Of a stretch of DNA of 64,000 bases, positions 21,046 to 29,690 are shown one piece after another. A model generated the notes under the pieces. That model was given only the letters and a program-made list of their open reading frames with translations, ran no database searches and had not been told where the DNA came from. The position numbers and the translations under genes were made by a program. How positions within the stretch are numbered: the first letter of the stretch is position 1; every line of letters begins with the position of its first letter. This stretch comes from Candidatus Latescibacterota bacterium (GTDB lineage: Bacteria > Latescibacterota > UBA2968): contig OZ242311.1 of NCBI GenBank assembly GCA_965207885.1, positions 2,912,001-2,976,000 of the forward strand, given 5' to 3'.

Positions 21046-21495
21046 ATGGAGACACATGTTCCTCTCATCAGCACCCGGACAAAAGGCCCGTTGGGATTGG
21101 TTCACCTTCCGAGGCTATGGTTGAAAATGCGTCTGTCGGCAAAGGGCAAGTTGGCAGATGAATACAGAGCAGGTGAAGGCGGGTTCGATGGCCTGCTGCT
21201 CGAAGCTCTGGGAATTGATTCGACCGCCGCTGTCGCTTTCGTAAGCGCGTCGCAGCCGGGCTACCTGGCGTTCGAGACCTGGGTGAAGAAAAATGCAAAA
21301 CCGGAAAGCCTGACGCCGGAGGCGATTGACCAATTCAACGAACGCATCCTCTCGTTCCCCAAGCCAGAGCCAGGCCGAAGCGAAATGCTTGAGGTCCTTG
21401 GGTTACCCCAGTCTGACAAAGAGTGGCTCGGCACCGACCTCAACGATCTCGACGACTGGCATGGCTTTCATCTGGCGCTACTCGATGAGGAGTGA
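21046..21495 (+). CDS. DUF5069-like protein
   Basis: GPLGLVHLPRLWLK...DLDDW; AAGGAG RBS. Confidence 0.7.
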   Translation: METHVPLISTRTKGPLGLVHLPRLWLKMRLSAKGKLADEYRAGEGGFDGLLLEALGIDSTAAVAFVSASQPGYLAFETWVKKNAKPESLTPEAIDQFNERILSFPKPEPGRSEMLEVLGLPQSDKEWLGTDLNDLDDWHGFHLALLDEE

Positions 21496-21496
21496 A

Positions 21497-22120
21497 GTGA
21501 TCAAAGCCATCATCTGGGATATGGGTGGAGTACTGATAAAAGAAAACCTAACAGTGGACGACACTCAAATTCCTCAAATTGGTATGTCAATAGCTGAACT
21601 GGCCCAAATGGTATTCTATCACCCTCTAACGCCGAAACTTTTCGTGGGGGAAGAACATCCAGAAAAGTTATGGAAAGTTATTGGAGATGAACTGAATATA
21701 TCAAATGATGAAGCACAGAAATTAGGTGCGGATTTCTGGGGCGAACCCATCTGGAATTATGATCTGTTAGACTATATTACCTCATTAAAAGGCAAATATA
21801 AACTCGGCGTGCTCAGCGATGCTTGGATCACGACGCGCAAAATTGTACAGGAAGAGATTCATGATGACCTTTTTGATGCGATAATGTTCTCAGCTGAAGA
21901 AGGTTTGCGCAAACCTGACCCAAAGATTTTTCAGCGTATGCTATCCCGTTTGGAAGTGACTGCTGAAGAAGCCATTTTTGTGGATGACAGAATTAACAAT
22001 GTGCAAGGCGCAGAGCAAGTTAGCATACATGATATTCACTATACGCCAGAAATCGATATCCAAGAACGAATCAATCAAATTACGTCAAACGCAAAAACGA
22101 AGAACCGATTACCAAAGTAA
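21497..22120 (+). CDS. HAD family phosphatase
   Basis: IIWDMGGVL; KPDPKIF; FVDD; GTG start. Confidence 0.88.
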   Translation: MIKAIIWDMGGVLIKENLTVDDTQIPQIGMSIAELAQMVFYHPLTPKLFVGEEHPEKLWKVIGDELNISNDEAQKLGADFWGEPIWNYDLLDYITSLKGKYKLGVLSDAWITTRKIVQEEIHDDLFDAIMFSAEEGLRKPDPKIFQRMLSRLEVTAEEAIFVDDRINNVQGAEQVSIHDIHYTPEIDIQERINQITSNAKTKNRLPK

Positions 22121-22159
22121 TGCAAGCACTAAAGGAAATCGGAGGCTTCGCCGTGATGG

Positions 22160-22188
22160 GGCCGCCAGCGGTTAACAGGCCGTTAGGC
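22160..22188 (+). repeat. Right-end attC remnant
   Basis: GCGGTTAACAGGCCGTTAGGC ending in a canonical GTTAGGC at 22182. Confidence 0.5.
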
Positions 22189-22208
22189 AAAATGCCGCTT
22201 GAGGGAAG

Positions 22209-22349
22209 CTTGATCTGGACGAATTGCATCAGTTTGAGCAGGCCCGTGAACTCTCTATCGATTTGCTTGAGTAATGGGTTTCTCAATTCAAGTTCAAAGA
22301 TTGGGCTAACTACAGTTCAACGGGTACCGAAGTCACTATTGATGAGAAG
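22209..22349 (+). pseudogene. Internal fragment resembling an SDH-family Clp-fold serine protease
   Basis: LDLDELHQFEQARELSIDLLE*WVSQFKFKDW, with an in-frame stop; recognised by eye. Confidence 0.4.
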
Positions 22350-22410
22350 CGATCCTCGTGATAGACTAGGCGGTACCTTAAACCAAGCGGCGGAAAGGAT
22401 ATAAAGTGCC

Positions 22411-23061
22411 ATGCTGAAAGCCATTCTTTGGGACAACGACGGCGTCCTGGTCGACACCGAAGGCCTGTACTTTCAGGCTTGCCGCGAAACCTTGGAACGC
22501 CTCGGCGTCCGCCTGAGCGAAGCCCGTTTCATCGAGCTCTTCCTCAAGGCCAGCGAAGGCCTTACCAAGATCGCCGCCGAACACGGCATAGACGAACAGG
22601 CGCTGGAGCCAGCCCGCATCTGGCGCAACGCCCGCTACACCGAACTCTTGCGTGCCGGTGTACCCGTCATCGACGGCGCCCGCCAAGTGCTGCGCCAACT
22701 CCACGGCACGGTGCGCATGGGCATCGTCACCAGTTCGCGGCGGGAGCACTTTGAGATCATTCACGCCGCCACCGGCCTGCTGGACTGCATCGATTTCACG
22801 CTCGTGCGCGAAGACTACCGACATTCCAAGCCCGACCCCGAGCCTTACCTCACGGCCATGCGGCAAAACGGTCTTAGCGCCGCCGAATGCGTCGTTATCG
22901 AAGACTCGGACCGGGGGCTGCGCGCCGCACTGGCGGCCGGGCTGCGCTGCATCGTCATACCGCAGGGCCTGACGAGCGGCCTGGACTTCACCGGCGCCCT
23001 GCGGCAACTGACCGATATCCGTCAGGTCCCACCGCTGATCCATGAGCTTATGCAAACTTAG
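22411..23061 (+). CDS. HAD family phosphatase (GC-rich)
   Basis: WDNDGVLVDTE; KPDPEPY; IEDS. Confidence 0.92.
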   Translation: MLKAILWDNDGVLVDTEGLYFQACRETLERLGVRLSEARFIELFLKASEGLTKIAAEHGIDEQALEPARIWRNARYTELLRAGVPVIDGARQVLRQLHGTVRMGIVTSSRREHFEIIHAATGLLDCIDFTLVREDYRHSKPDPEPYLTAMRQNGLSAAECVVIEDSDRGLRAALAAGLRCIVIPQGLTSGLDFTGALRQLTDIRQVPPLIHELMQT

Positions 23062-23203
23062 TACTGTTTCAATTAAGTTTCTTGCATGCAATTCCACCCG
23101 TTACGGACGAAAAGCTTGAGGGTTAGAACTTGAAAATCAAAGGGGTGAAGGTTTCCCCTCTATGTTATTTTTTGCCAGGTCCCAAGTTTTGAAAGGAGCC
23201 TTC

Positions 23204-24196
23204 ATGTCCGACTTCCCATCCCAATCGCGTTACGACAGCATGACATATAGACGGTGTGGCAACAGCGGTATTCAACTCCCCCTGCTCTCTCTCGGCCTGT
23301 GGCATAATTTTGGTGGCGTCGATGTGTTTGAAACCGGACGCGCTACGGTGCGCACCGCCTTTGACCACGGCATCACGCACCTGGATCTGGCCAACAACTA
23401 TGGACCGCCCTATGGCTCTGCCGAAGAGACCTTCGGCCGCATCCTCCAGCTCGACCTGACGCCCTACCGGGACGAACTGATCATCTCCACCAAGGCCGGA
23501 TTTGATATGTGGCCCGGACCCTATGGCAATTTTGGCTCGCGGAAATACCTCGTTGCCAGCCTCGACCAAAGCCTCAAACGCCTGGGGGTAGATTATGTCG
23601 ATATCTTCTACCACCATCGCCCCGATCCCGACACGCCACTTGCAGAAACCATGGGCGCTCTCGATTTCACCGTCCGTTCAGGTCGCGCCCTCTATGTTGG
23701 CATCTCCAATTATCCGCCTGACAAAACCAGAGAGGCCGCGCGAATCCTGCGCGACTTAGGTACGCCCTGCCTGATCCATCAGCCCAAATACAATCTGCTT
23801 ACCCGACAACCCGAAAACAATGGTCTCTTCGACGTCCTTCAGGAGGAAGGCATCGGCTGCATCGCCTTCTCCATCCTCAACAGCGGCATGCTCACCGATA
23901 AATACCTGGACGGCATCCCCGCAGACTCCCGCGCCGCTCGCCCGGGTCACCCGCTCAAAAATCGCCTCGACAAAAAAACCATCGATAAAATCAGCAAGCT
24001 CAACGACCACGCCTGTGCCCGTGGCCAGACCCTCGCCCAGATGGCCATCGCCTGGGTCCTCCGCCAGGAGGCGGTCACGACCGCGCTTTGCGGAGCCAGC
24101 CGCCCCGAACAAATCGAGGACAGCATCGGTGCCCTCGACAACCTGAATTTCACCGAAGACGAACAGCAGACAATCGACAATATATTAGCGACGTAA
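23204..24196 (+). CDS. Aldo/keto reductase, L-glyceraldehyde 3-phosphate reductase (YghZ/Gpr-like)
   Basis: LSLGLWHNFG; DLANNYGPPYGSAEE; IISTKAG. Confidence 0.9.
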   Translation: MSDFPSQSRYDSMTYRRCGNSGIQLPLLSLGLWHNFGGVDVFETGRATVRTAFDHGITHLDLANNYGPPYGSAEETFGRILQLDLTPYRDELIISTKAGFDMWPGPYGNFGSRKYLVASLDQSLKRLGVDYVDIFYHHRPDPDTPLAETMGALDFTVRSGRALYVGISNYPPDKTREAARILRDLGTPCLIHQPKYNLLTRQPENNGLFDVLQEEGIGCIAFSILNSGMLTDKYLDGIPADSRAARPGHPLKNRLDKKTIDKISKLNDHACARGQTLAQMAIAWVLRQEAVTTALCGASRPEQIEDSIGALDNLNFTEDEQQTIDNILAT

Positions 24197-24235
24197 ACAA
24201 CCTGCTGAGACCGTTCGTTGATCCCGTAGTTAGGC
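24192..24235 (+). repeat. Collapsed attC remnant
   Basis: CGTAAAC-AACCTGCTGA...CGTTGATCCCGTAGTTAGGC; GTTAGGC at 24229; only 44 bp. Confidence 0.45.
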
Positions 24236-24288
24236 GATATAGAAGAAAGAGCTGAAAGTGGCTAAACTGATCAAGAAAGGGAAGTAGA

Positions 24289-24735
24289 ATGTCTTCAGCC
24301 TCCGATACTCCGCGCGTGTACCTGGGTGCCTATGGGCTCTGTCGTGATCCGTCAGGTCGCCTTCTCTTGGTTCGCATGGCGAGTGGACCGGACGAAGGAA
24401 GATGGACGATTCCAGGTGGTGGTATTGAGTGGGGGGAGCATCCGGATGCTACGGTGCTTCGCGAGTTAGAAGAGGAGACAGGCATCGTGGACGTTGAGAC
24501 CTTTAGAGCCGCTGAGGTGTATTCACATACGTACACCAAAAGTGTGGAGCGTCCAGACGACTCGGTACACCATGTCGGCATCGTCTATAACGTGACTGTT
24601 GGTTTGCTCGATCTCAGGTTCGAACAAGATGGATCGACTGATCGTTGCGAGTGGTGTACCAAGAGTCAATCCCGGTCCTTGCCCCTCACTCCACTGGGGG
24701 CATTCGCAGTTGACTTGGCCTGGCCGAGACCTTAG
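24289..24735 (+). CDS. NUDIX hydrolase
   Basis: GGGIEWGEHPDATVLRELEEETG; followed by a left attC core ACACAACAAG at 24765. Confidence 0.92.
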   Translation: MSSASDTPRVYLGAYGLCRDPSGRLLLVRMASGPDEGRWTIPGGGIEWGEHPDATVLRELEEETGIVDVETFRAAEVYSHTYTKSVERPDDSVHHVGIVYNVTVGLLDLRFEQDGSTDRCEWCTKSQSRSLPLTPLGAFAVDLAWPRP

Positions 24736-24824
24736 CCGCGTTCTGTTGGTGAAGTGGAGGCAACACACAACAAGAAATCCACGTTCATTGGCAAGAGTCT
24801 CTCATCCACTTACTCTTTTGTAAG

Positions 24825-24908
24825 TAGGAAGCGCCTCCTATGATCTCGAAATACATTGATAAACTCAGAGAAGGTGAATCTCTCCAGGCCGATGAGGCTA
24901 AACAATGA
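24825..24908 (+). pseudogene. 5' stub of a second trpD allele
   Basis: RBS region plus first 68 nt match 28425-28507, with 2 mismatches after the ATG. Confidence 0.9.
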
Positions 24909-24931
24909 AGAAAATCCTATAAGGATATACC

Positions 24932-25795
24932 ATGAATTTCACGATTGATCTTGAATATACTCCACGCAGTCCCCAAGATGGATTGCCCTTCACTGAGAAA
25001 ACATTCTGTCGGCGTAGTATCCCATTTACTTTTGACGTCAAAGAAGTAGGGATTGCTTTGGTTGATTTTTGGAATTTTGGCTGGGATGATGGCCCCTTTG
25101 ACGAAGAACTTGGTGACCGCAGTTTTGAACGGGGTCGCTCCCATGCAGAACGAAAACGCCAAATTATTGAGACAAAAGTCAGGCCATTAGTAAATATGCT
25201 TCGCGATATGGATTTCCAGATTTTTCACTGCAATCAAGCAGATTTTATGAAACGCTATCCTCAATGGAATCAGTCAACAACCGATGCAGAACGCCAGAGC
25301 CTATCTGCGGATCCTGCTTCTTCTGAAAATTTAAAAGAAGAACGAAACAGTCAATGGCCTCCTCAAGAGTGGGTGGACAGTTGGAAAAATCAGCATCGCG
25401 AATTGATTTGGCGAATGGAGGATTGGGCGAATATTCAGGGGAAACTCTATTACCAAATATCGATACCTGAACCCGTTGAACCCCAGGATGGCGATTTACT
25501 GGTTTATTCAGGAGACCAGTTTCATCGGCTGCTTGCCGAAAAGCGTATCAAGGTTCTGTTTTACATGGGCTTTGAGACCGATGAATGTTTGATGAATAAG
25601 CCTCATGGCATAAGAAATATGAGTCGCCTGGGTTATATGCCTATAGCTGTAACCGACTGTACAACAACATATGAAGCGGCTGAAACTTTGGATGGACTGT
25701 GGAAAACACGAGTTACAATTCTCAATATTGAAGCCCATCAGGGCTATTCAGTAACATCTGAAGCCCTTTTAAATTCTCTGAAAATTCTGAAATAA
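24932..25795 (+). CDS. Isochorismatase/cysteine hydrolase family protein
   Basis: IALVDFWN; LFYMGFETDEC; VTDCTT. Confidence 0.75.
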   Translation: MNFTIDLEYTPRSPQDGLPFTEKTFCRRSIPFTFDVKEVGIALVDFWNFGWDDGPFDEELGDRSFERGRSHAERKRQIIETKVRPLVNMLRDMDFQIFHCNQADFMKRYPQWNQSTTDAERQSLSADPASSENLKEERNSQWPPQEWVDSWKNQHRELIWRMEDWANIQGKLYYQISIPEPVEPQDGDLLVYSGDQFHRLLAEKRIKVLFYMGFETDECLMNKPHGIRNMSRLGYMPIAVTDCTTTYEAAETLDGLWKTRVTILNIEAHQGYSVTSEALLNSLKILK

Positions 25796-25861
25796 AAAAT
25801 CCTCAGGCTTGCGTCCTGTAAGCCCCAACCACTACCTCAGGGCCTAAAAAAATGCCGCCAC

Positions 25862-25957
25862 CGCACAAAAAGCAATATCCTGAATTGCTAACTTTCCTCA
25901 ATAGCTCGGCCGGAAAACCTAAACCCCATCCCATTTGTCTAAAACACATGAACCTTG
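25862..25957 (+). repeat. ~97-bp intergenic repeat, copy 1 (ECF promoter-like)
   Basis: Near-identical to 29545-29641; contains GGAAAACCT-N16-GTCTAA. Confidence 0.85.
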
Positions 25958-26000
25958 AAGAAGATTCTATTTTGAGAGTAGCTTAGTCGGGAGTTGAGCA

Positions 26001-26789
26001 TTGAAAATCGAAAATCTTCCAACTGCTGTTCAAGCCCATCTCGCGGGTTTTGAGTCAGATGGAGAAAATCTCCGAACAGCATCGTGTGCCGACGTGTTCC
26101 GGTACACTCATCCACGCAAACAGAGTTTGTTCCTCAAAGCACGAGATATGCATGCGGCACCACAAGAATCCGATCTTCTGGCCGAGAAAACGGCAATGTC
26201 TTGGCTCCAGGGAAAATTGAACGTTCCTCGCGTGGTCTGCTTCCACGAAAAAGGTGATACTCAGTATCTGCTCATGACCCAAATCGCTGGTGTATCTGGC
26301 ATCCACCAGGATGCCAAAAGTGATGTTCCGAATCTCGTACGCCTGTTCGCTCGTGGTCTTCGCGAAATTCACGCAATAGCGGTCGATTCGTGCCCCTTAG
26401 ATTGGCGCATGGAACGCTATTTTGCTTGGGCGACAGACTTGATTGACTCAGGCGTACTGGACGGTCAGATACCAGATGGTAAAACGAGGAATGTTCTTCG
26501 GGATGAGCTGGACAGCATAAGGGCCGACCTACCACCCGAGGACCTGGTGTTCACCCATGGGGATTATTGCCTACCCAACGTAATGATCCACAATGGCCGT
26601 TTAAGTGGCTACATTGATTTGGGCTATGCGGGCGTTGGAGATCGATATCTCGATTTTGTCGCAGCTTACTACACCATTCGCAGAAATCTTGGAAATGAGT
26701 GGATTCCTTTGTTTTTCCAGGAATATGGGCATAAATTGGATCAGGCCAGATTGAGCGTATATCAAAGAATCCATGACTTTACCTACTGA
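26001..26789 (+). CDS. Aminoglycoside 3'-phosphotransferase-like
   Basis: WLQGKLNVPRVV; CPLDWR; DLVFTHGDYCLPNV; GYIDLGYAGVGDRYLD. Confidence 0.85.
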   Translation: MKIENLPTAVQAHLAGFESDGENLRTASCADVFRYTHPRKQSLFLKARDMHAAPQESDLLAEKTAMSWLQGKLNVPRVVCFHEKGDTQYLLMTQIAGVSGIHQDAKSDVPNLVRLFARGLREIHAIAVDSCPLDWRMERYFAWATDLIDSGVLDGQIPDGKTRNVLRDELDSIRADLPPEDLVFTHGDYCLPNVMIHNGRLSGYIDLGYAGVGDRYLDFVAAYYTIRRNLGNEWIPLFFQEYGHKLDQARLSVYQRIHDFTY

Positions 26790-26827
26790 GAATGCTTTGA
26801 AATGGTCCTTTCTTCTTGGAGGAATCT

Positions 26828-27700
26828 ATGGCAAACTTGAATGGAAAGATCGCCCTTGTCACTGGAGGAAGTAGAGGATTGGGACAAGGAATCGCTCTGG
26901 TCTTGGGGGAACATGGATGCACGGTCTATGTTACTGGTCGTAGCACCAAAGAAGACTCACAGCACCCTGAATGGCCTAATGCAACAATTGATAAAACAGC
27001 ACAATTGGTGACTGAGATGGGTGGAAAGGGAATCCCAATTCAATGTGACCATACAGATGACGATCAAGTCGATGGCGTTTATGAACGAATCAAGGAGGAG
27101 AGGGGTTATATTGATATTCTTGTAAATGTCATCTGGGGCGGCTACGAAAATATGGAGAATTTCAGCAAGCCCTTCTGGGATCAGCCGAATTGGCGCATTG
27201 ATAAAATGTATCAGACAGGCGTTCGCACTTCATACACGGCTTGTCGAATAGGTGCAAAACTGATGCTCTCTCGAAAACAAGGACTGATCATCAATATTAC
27301 TTTCTGGGATCAAGACAAATATCTCGAACCCGTGCCCCAGGACTTTGCTTTGACTGCAATGGGGCGGCTTGTGTTCGCTATGGCTCAGGAATTGAAGCCT
27401 CACAATATTGCATCTATTGCTCTTTCTCCAGGCTTCATTCGAAACGAGGGGATGTTATCCCAAGAGGAAATTCGAGGTGAATATCAGAGGCCACCTGTTG
27501 TCTCTCAAAATCTACCACCAAAAACTGAATCTATCCAATACGCAGGAAGAGCTGTCGTCGCCCTTGCCTGCGACCCGAATATTATATCGCGAACAGGTCA
27601 GATTCTCAATATTGGAAACCTATCTCGTGAATATGGATTTACAGATATCGACGGTACGCAGCCACCCCCTTACCAGATTGAATGGACAGGAAAGCCTTGA
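26828..27700 (+). CDS. SDR oxidoreductase (DHRS1-like)
   Basis: VTGGSRGLG; CDHTDD; SPGFIR. Confidence 0.88.
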   Translation: MANLNGKIALVTGGSRGLGQGIALVLGEHGCTVYVTGRSTKEDSQHPEWPNATIDKTAQLVTEMGGKGIPIQCDHTDDDQVDGVYERIKEERGYIDILVNVIWGGYENMENFSKPFWDQPNWRIDKMYQTGVRTSYTACRIGAKLMLSRKQGLIINITFWDQDKYLEPVPQDFALTAMGRLVFAMAQELKPHNIASIALSPGFIRNEGMLSQEEIRGEYQRPPVVSQNLPPKTESIQYAGRAVVALACDPNIISRTGQILNIGNLSREYGFTDIDGTQPPPYQIEWTGKP

Positions 27701-27752
27701 ATCCGTTCCAAAAGAAGCACTGTTTTGACTATAGACAGAGGTTTAATTTTTT

Positions 27753-28349
27753 ATGAAGAAAATTCTATTTGGAACGGCTAATAAAGAAAAAATTCGTCAT
27801 GTTAGACATATTTTATCGCCGTTTGCAATTGAAATTCTGGACCCTGGCCAATTGGGGCTAAAATTAGATGTAACTGAAGACGGCGATACCCCTGAAAAGA
27901 ATGCGATCAAAAAGGCAATAGCTTATTATCAAGCATCGGGCCTCCCATCTTTTGCGATCGATTCTGGGCTGGAGATTAATGGATTGTCAAATAAAGAGCA
28001 ACCTAACGTCTTTGTTCGACGAATTTGTTCCCAAGAACAAGAGGTCACAGATCAGCAGATTATTGACCATTATCTAAAAAAAATATGTTCTGTTGGTGGC
28101 TCAACTTTTGGCACCTGGCACAATTGTATCGCTCTGGTTCATAGTGAGGCTGCCCCCCTTCTTCACAGTTGGCAAATGGAAGTGCTATTTACTTCAAATC
28201 AGAGCCAAAAAACTATTCCTGGTGCGCCTCTCAATTCGATAATGTGTGATCTCGATAGTAGATGTTATTTTTCAGACATGGCCTATATAGATAGGCCGGA
28301 TTCCAGGGCTATTATGAATTTTTTTGATCGCAATCTGGATAAGTGGTAA
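27753..28349 (+). CDS. Ham1/RdgB-like non-canonical purine NTP pyrophosphatase
   Basis: FGTANKEK; EDGDTPEKNAIKKA; IDSGL. Confidence 0.82.
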   Translation: MKKILFGTANKEKIRHVRHILSPFAIEILDPGQLGLKLDVTEDGDTPEKNAIKKAIAYYQASGLPSFAIDSGLEINGLSNKEQPNVFVRRICSQEQEVTDQQIIDHYLKKICSVGGSTFGTWHNCIALVHSEAAPLLHSWQMEVLFTSNQSQKTIPGAPLNSIMCDLDSRCYFSDMAYIDRPDSRAIMNFFDRNLDKW

Positions 28350-28439
28350 AATTGTCACACCTACATCGGCAATGGCAGCCGTTTCACACTCAAGGCAAGC
28401 TTCTGGATAAAAGGACTATCTGAATAGGAAGCACTACCT

Positions 28440-29456
28440 ATGATCTCGAAATACATTGATAAACTCAGAGAGGGTGAATCTCTCCAGGCCGATGAGGCTG
28501 AACAATGTCTGAGTGCAATCCTGGAAAGTAACCTGCCAGACGAACAGATCGCAAAACTGCTCATAGCGTTCTCTGGGAAGGGCGAAACTGCCGATGAAAT
28601 TCTCGGATTTTCGAGAGCTTTATTGACCAAAGCAAGACCTGTACCTCTCCCTTCCTCCGTCATTGATTCGTGTGGCACAGGTGGAAGCGGTTTAAATCGA
28701 TTCAACGTATCTACAACCGCTGCGTTCGTTTTATCTGCTGGTGGCGTTCCGGTGGTGAAACACGGCAATAAAGGATCAAAGCGACCGAATGGAAGCTTTG
28801 ATTTGCTGGAAGAACTCGACTGTGAGTTTGATTTCAGAGATGACCGTTTAGAGGACATTTTCAGGAGAACGAATGTATGTTTTCTGTTTGCCCGCATATA
28901 CCACCCAGTAATGAAAAAAGTGGTGACCGCCAGACAAATGGTTGACAAGAGGACGATTTTCAATCTCAGCGCTCCGTTATGTAATCCTGCCAATCCCCAA
29001 TATCAGATACTCGGAACAATTGATGTCGATATGGGCAGACAACTGGTAGAAGTGCTCCGCCATCTTGGGCGTAAACGCTTCTTGATTGTTGTCGGAGAGC
29101 CGGGGATTGATGAGATCTCCATTTCTGGACACACGCATATCTTTGAAGTGGCCGAAGGTGTGACCAGAGAATACCAGATTTCGCCTTCAGATTTTGGGAT
29201 AGCAAAATGGGATTACAGTGAGATTCCAGGTGGTGATAGTGACGAGAATGCAGAAATCTTCCTATCTCTTTTACAGCACCAAACTCCCGAACCAATTCTG
29301 GATCTGGTGTGTTTGAATGCCGGTGCAGCTTTCTACTGTTTTGGACGCACAGATTCGATTGAGGAAGGCTTTGATCTGAGCAAGGATCTCTTCGCAAAAG
29401 GGTTGGTTCAAGAGAAATTTCTTAAATATAAACGACTGTCCAGCAAGCAGAAGTGA
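28440..29456 (+). CDS. trpD: Anthranilate phosphoribosyltransferase (orphan copy)
   Basis: DSCGTGG; FNVST; KHGN; RTIFN; GIDEIS; LNAGAA. Confidence 0.9.
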   Translation: MISKYIDKLREGESLQADEAEQCLSAILESNLPDEQIAKLLIAFSGKGETADEILGFSRALLTKARPVPLPSSVIDSCGTGGSGLNRFNVSTTAAFVLSAGGVPVVKHGNKGSKRPNGSFDLLEELDCEFDFRDDRLEDIFRRTNVCFLFARIYHPVMKKVVTARQMVDKRTIFNLSAPLCNPANPQYQILGTIDVDMGRQLVEVLRHLGRKRFLIVVGEPGIDEISISGHTHIFEVAEGVTREYQISPSDFGIAKWDYSEIPGGDSDENAEIFLSLLQHQTPEPILDLVCLNAGAAFYCFGRTDSIEEGFDLSKDLFAKGLVQEKFLKYKRLSSKQK

Positions 29457-29464
29457 AAGACAAA

Positions 29465-29500
29465 AAATAGAAGGGTGTGACGGCTGTCCCTCTATTTCTT
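29465..29500 (+). terminator. Hairpin after trpD
   Basis: AAATAGAAGGG...CCCTCTATTT followed by a short T-rich tail. Confidence 0.45.
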
Positions 29501-29544
29501 CACTGATGACAAAAACAACTCCCAAATCCCACCCCGCTAAATCG

Positions 29545-29641
29545 CGCACAAAAAGCAATATCCTCAATTGCTAACTTTTCCTCAATAGCCCGGTCGGAAA
29601 ACCTAAACCCCCTTCCATTTGTCTAAACCACATGAACCTTG
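29545..29641 (+). repeat. ~97-bp intergenic repeat, copy 2
   Basis: Matches 25862-25957; its left flank resembles 19287-19317. Confidence 0.85.
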
Positions 29642-29690
29642 TCTTCCTCACCCTTATGACTTGTAATGCCCAGATCAGGAGGCAAAAACG

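Noticed and set aside
23059-23082. TAGTACTGTTTCAATTAAGTT, resembling an IS end
   Set aside because: No partner inverted repeat or transposase found.
24840-28440. Exactly 3600-bp spacing between the trpD stub and trpD
   Set aside because: The intervening sequence is not periodic; treated as coincidence.
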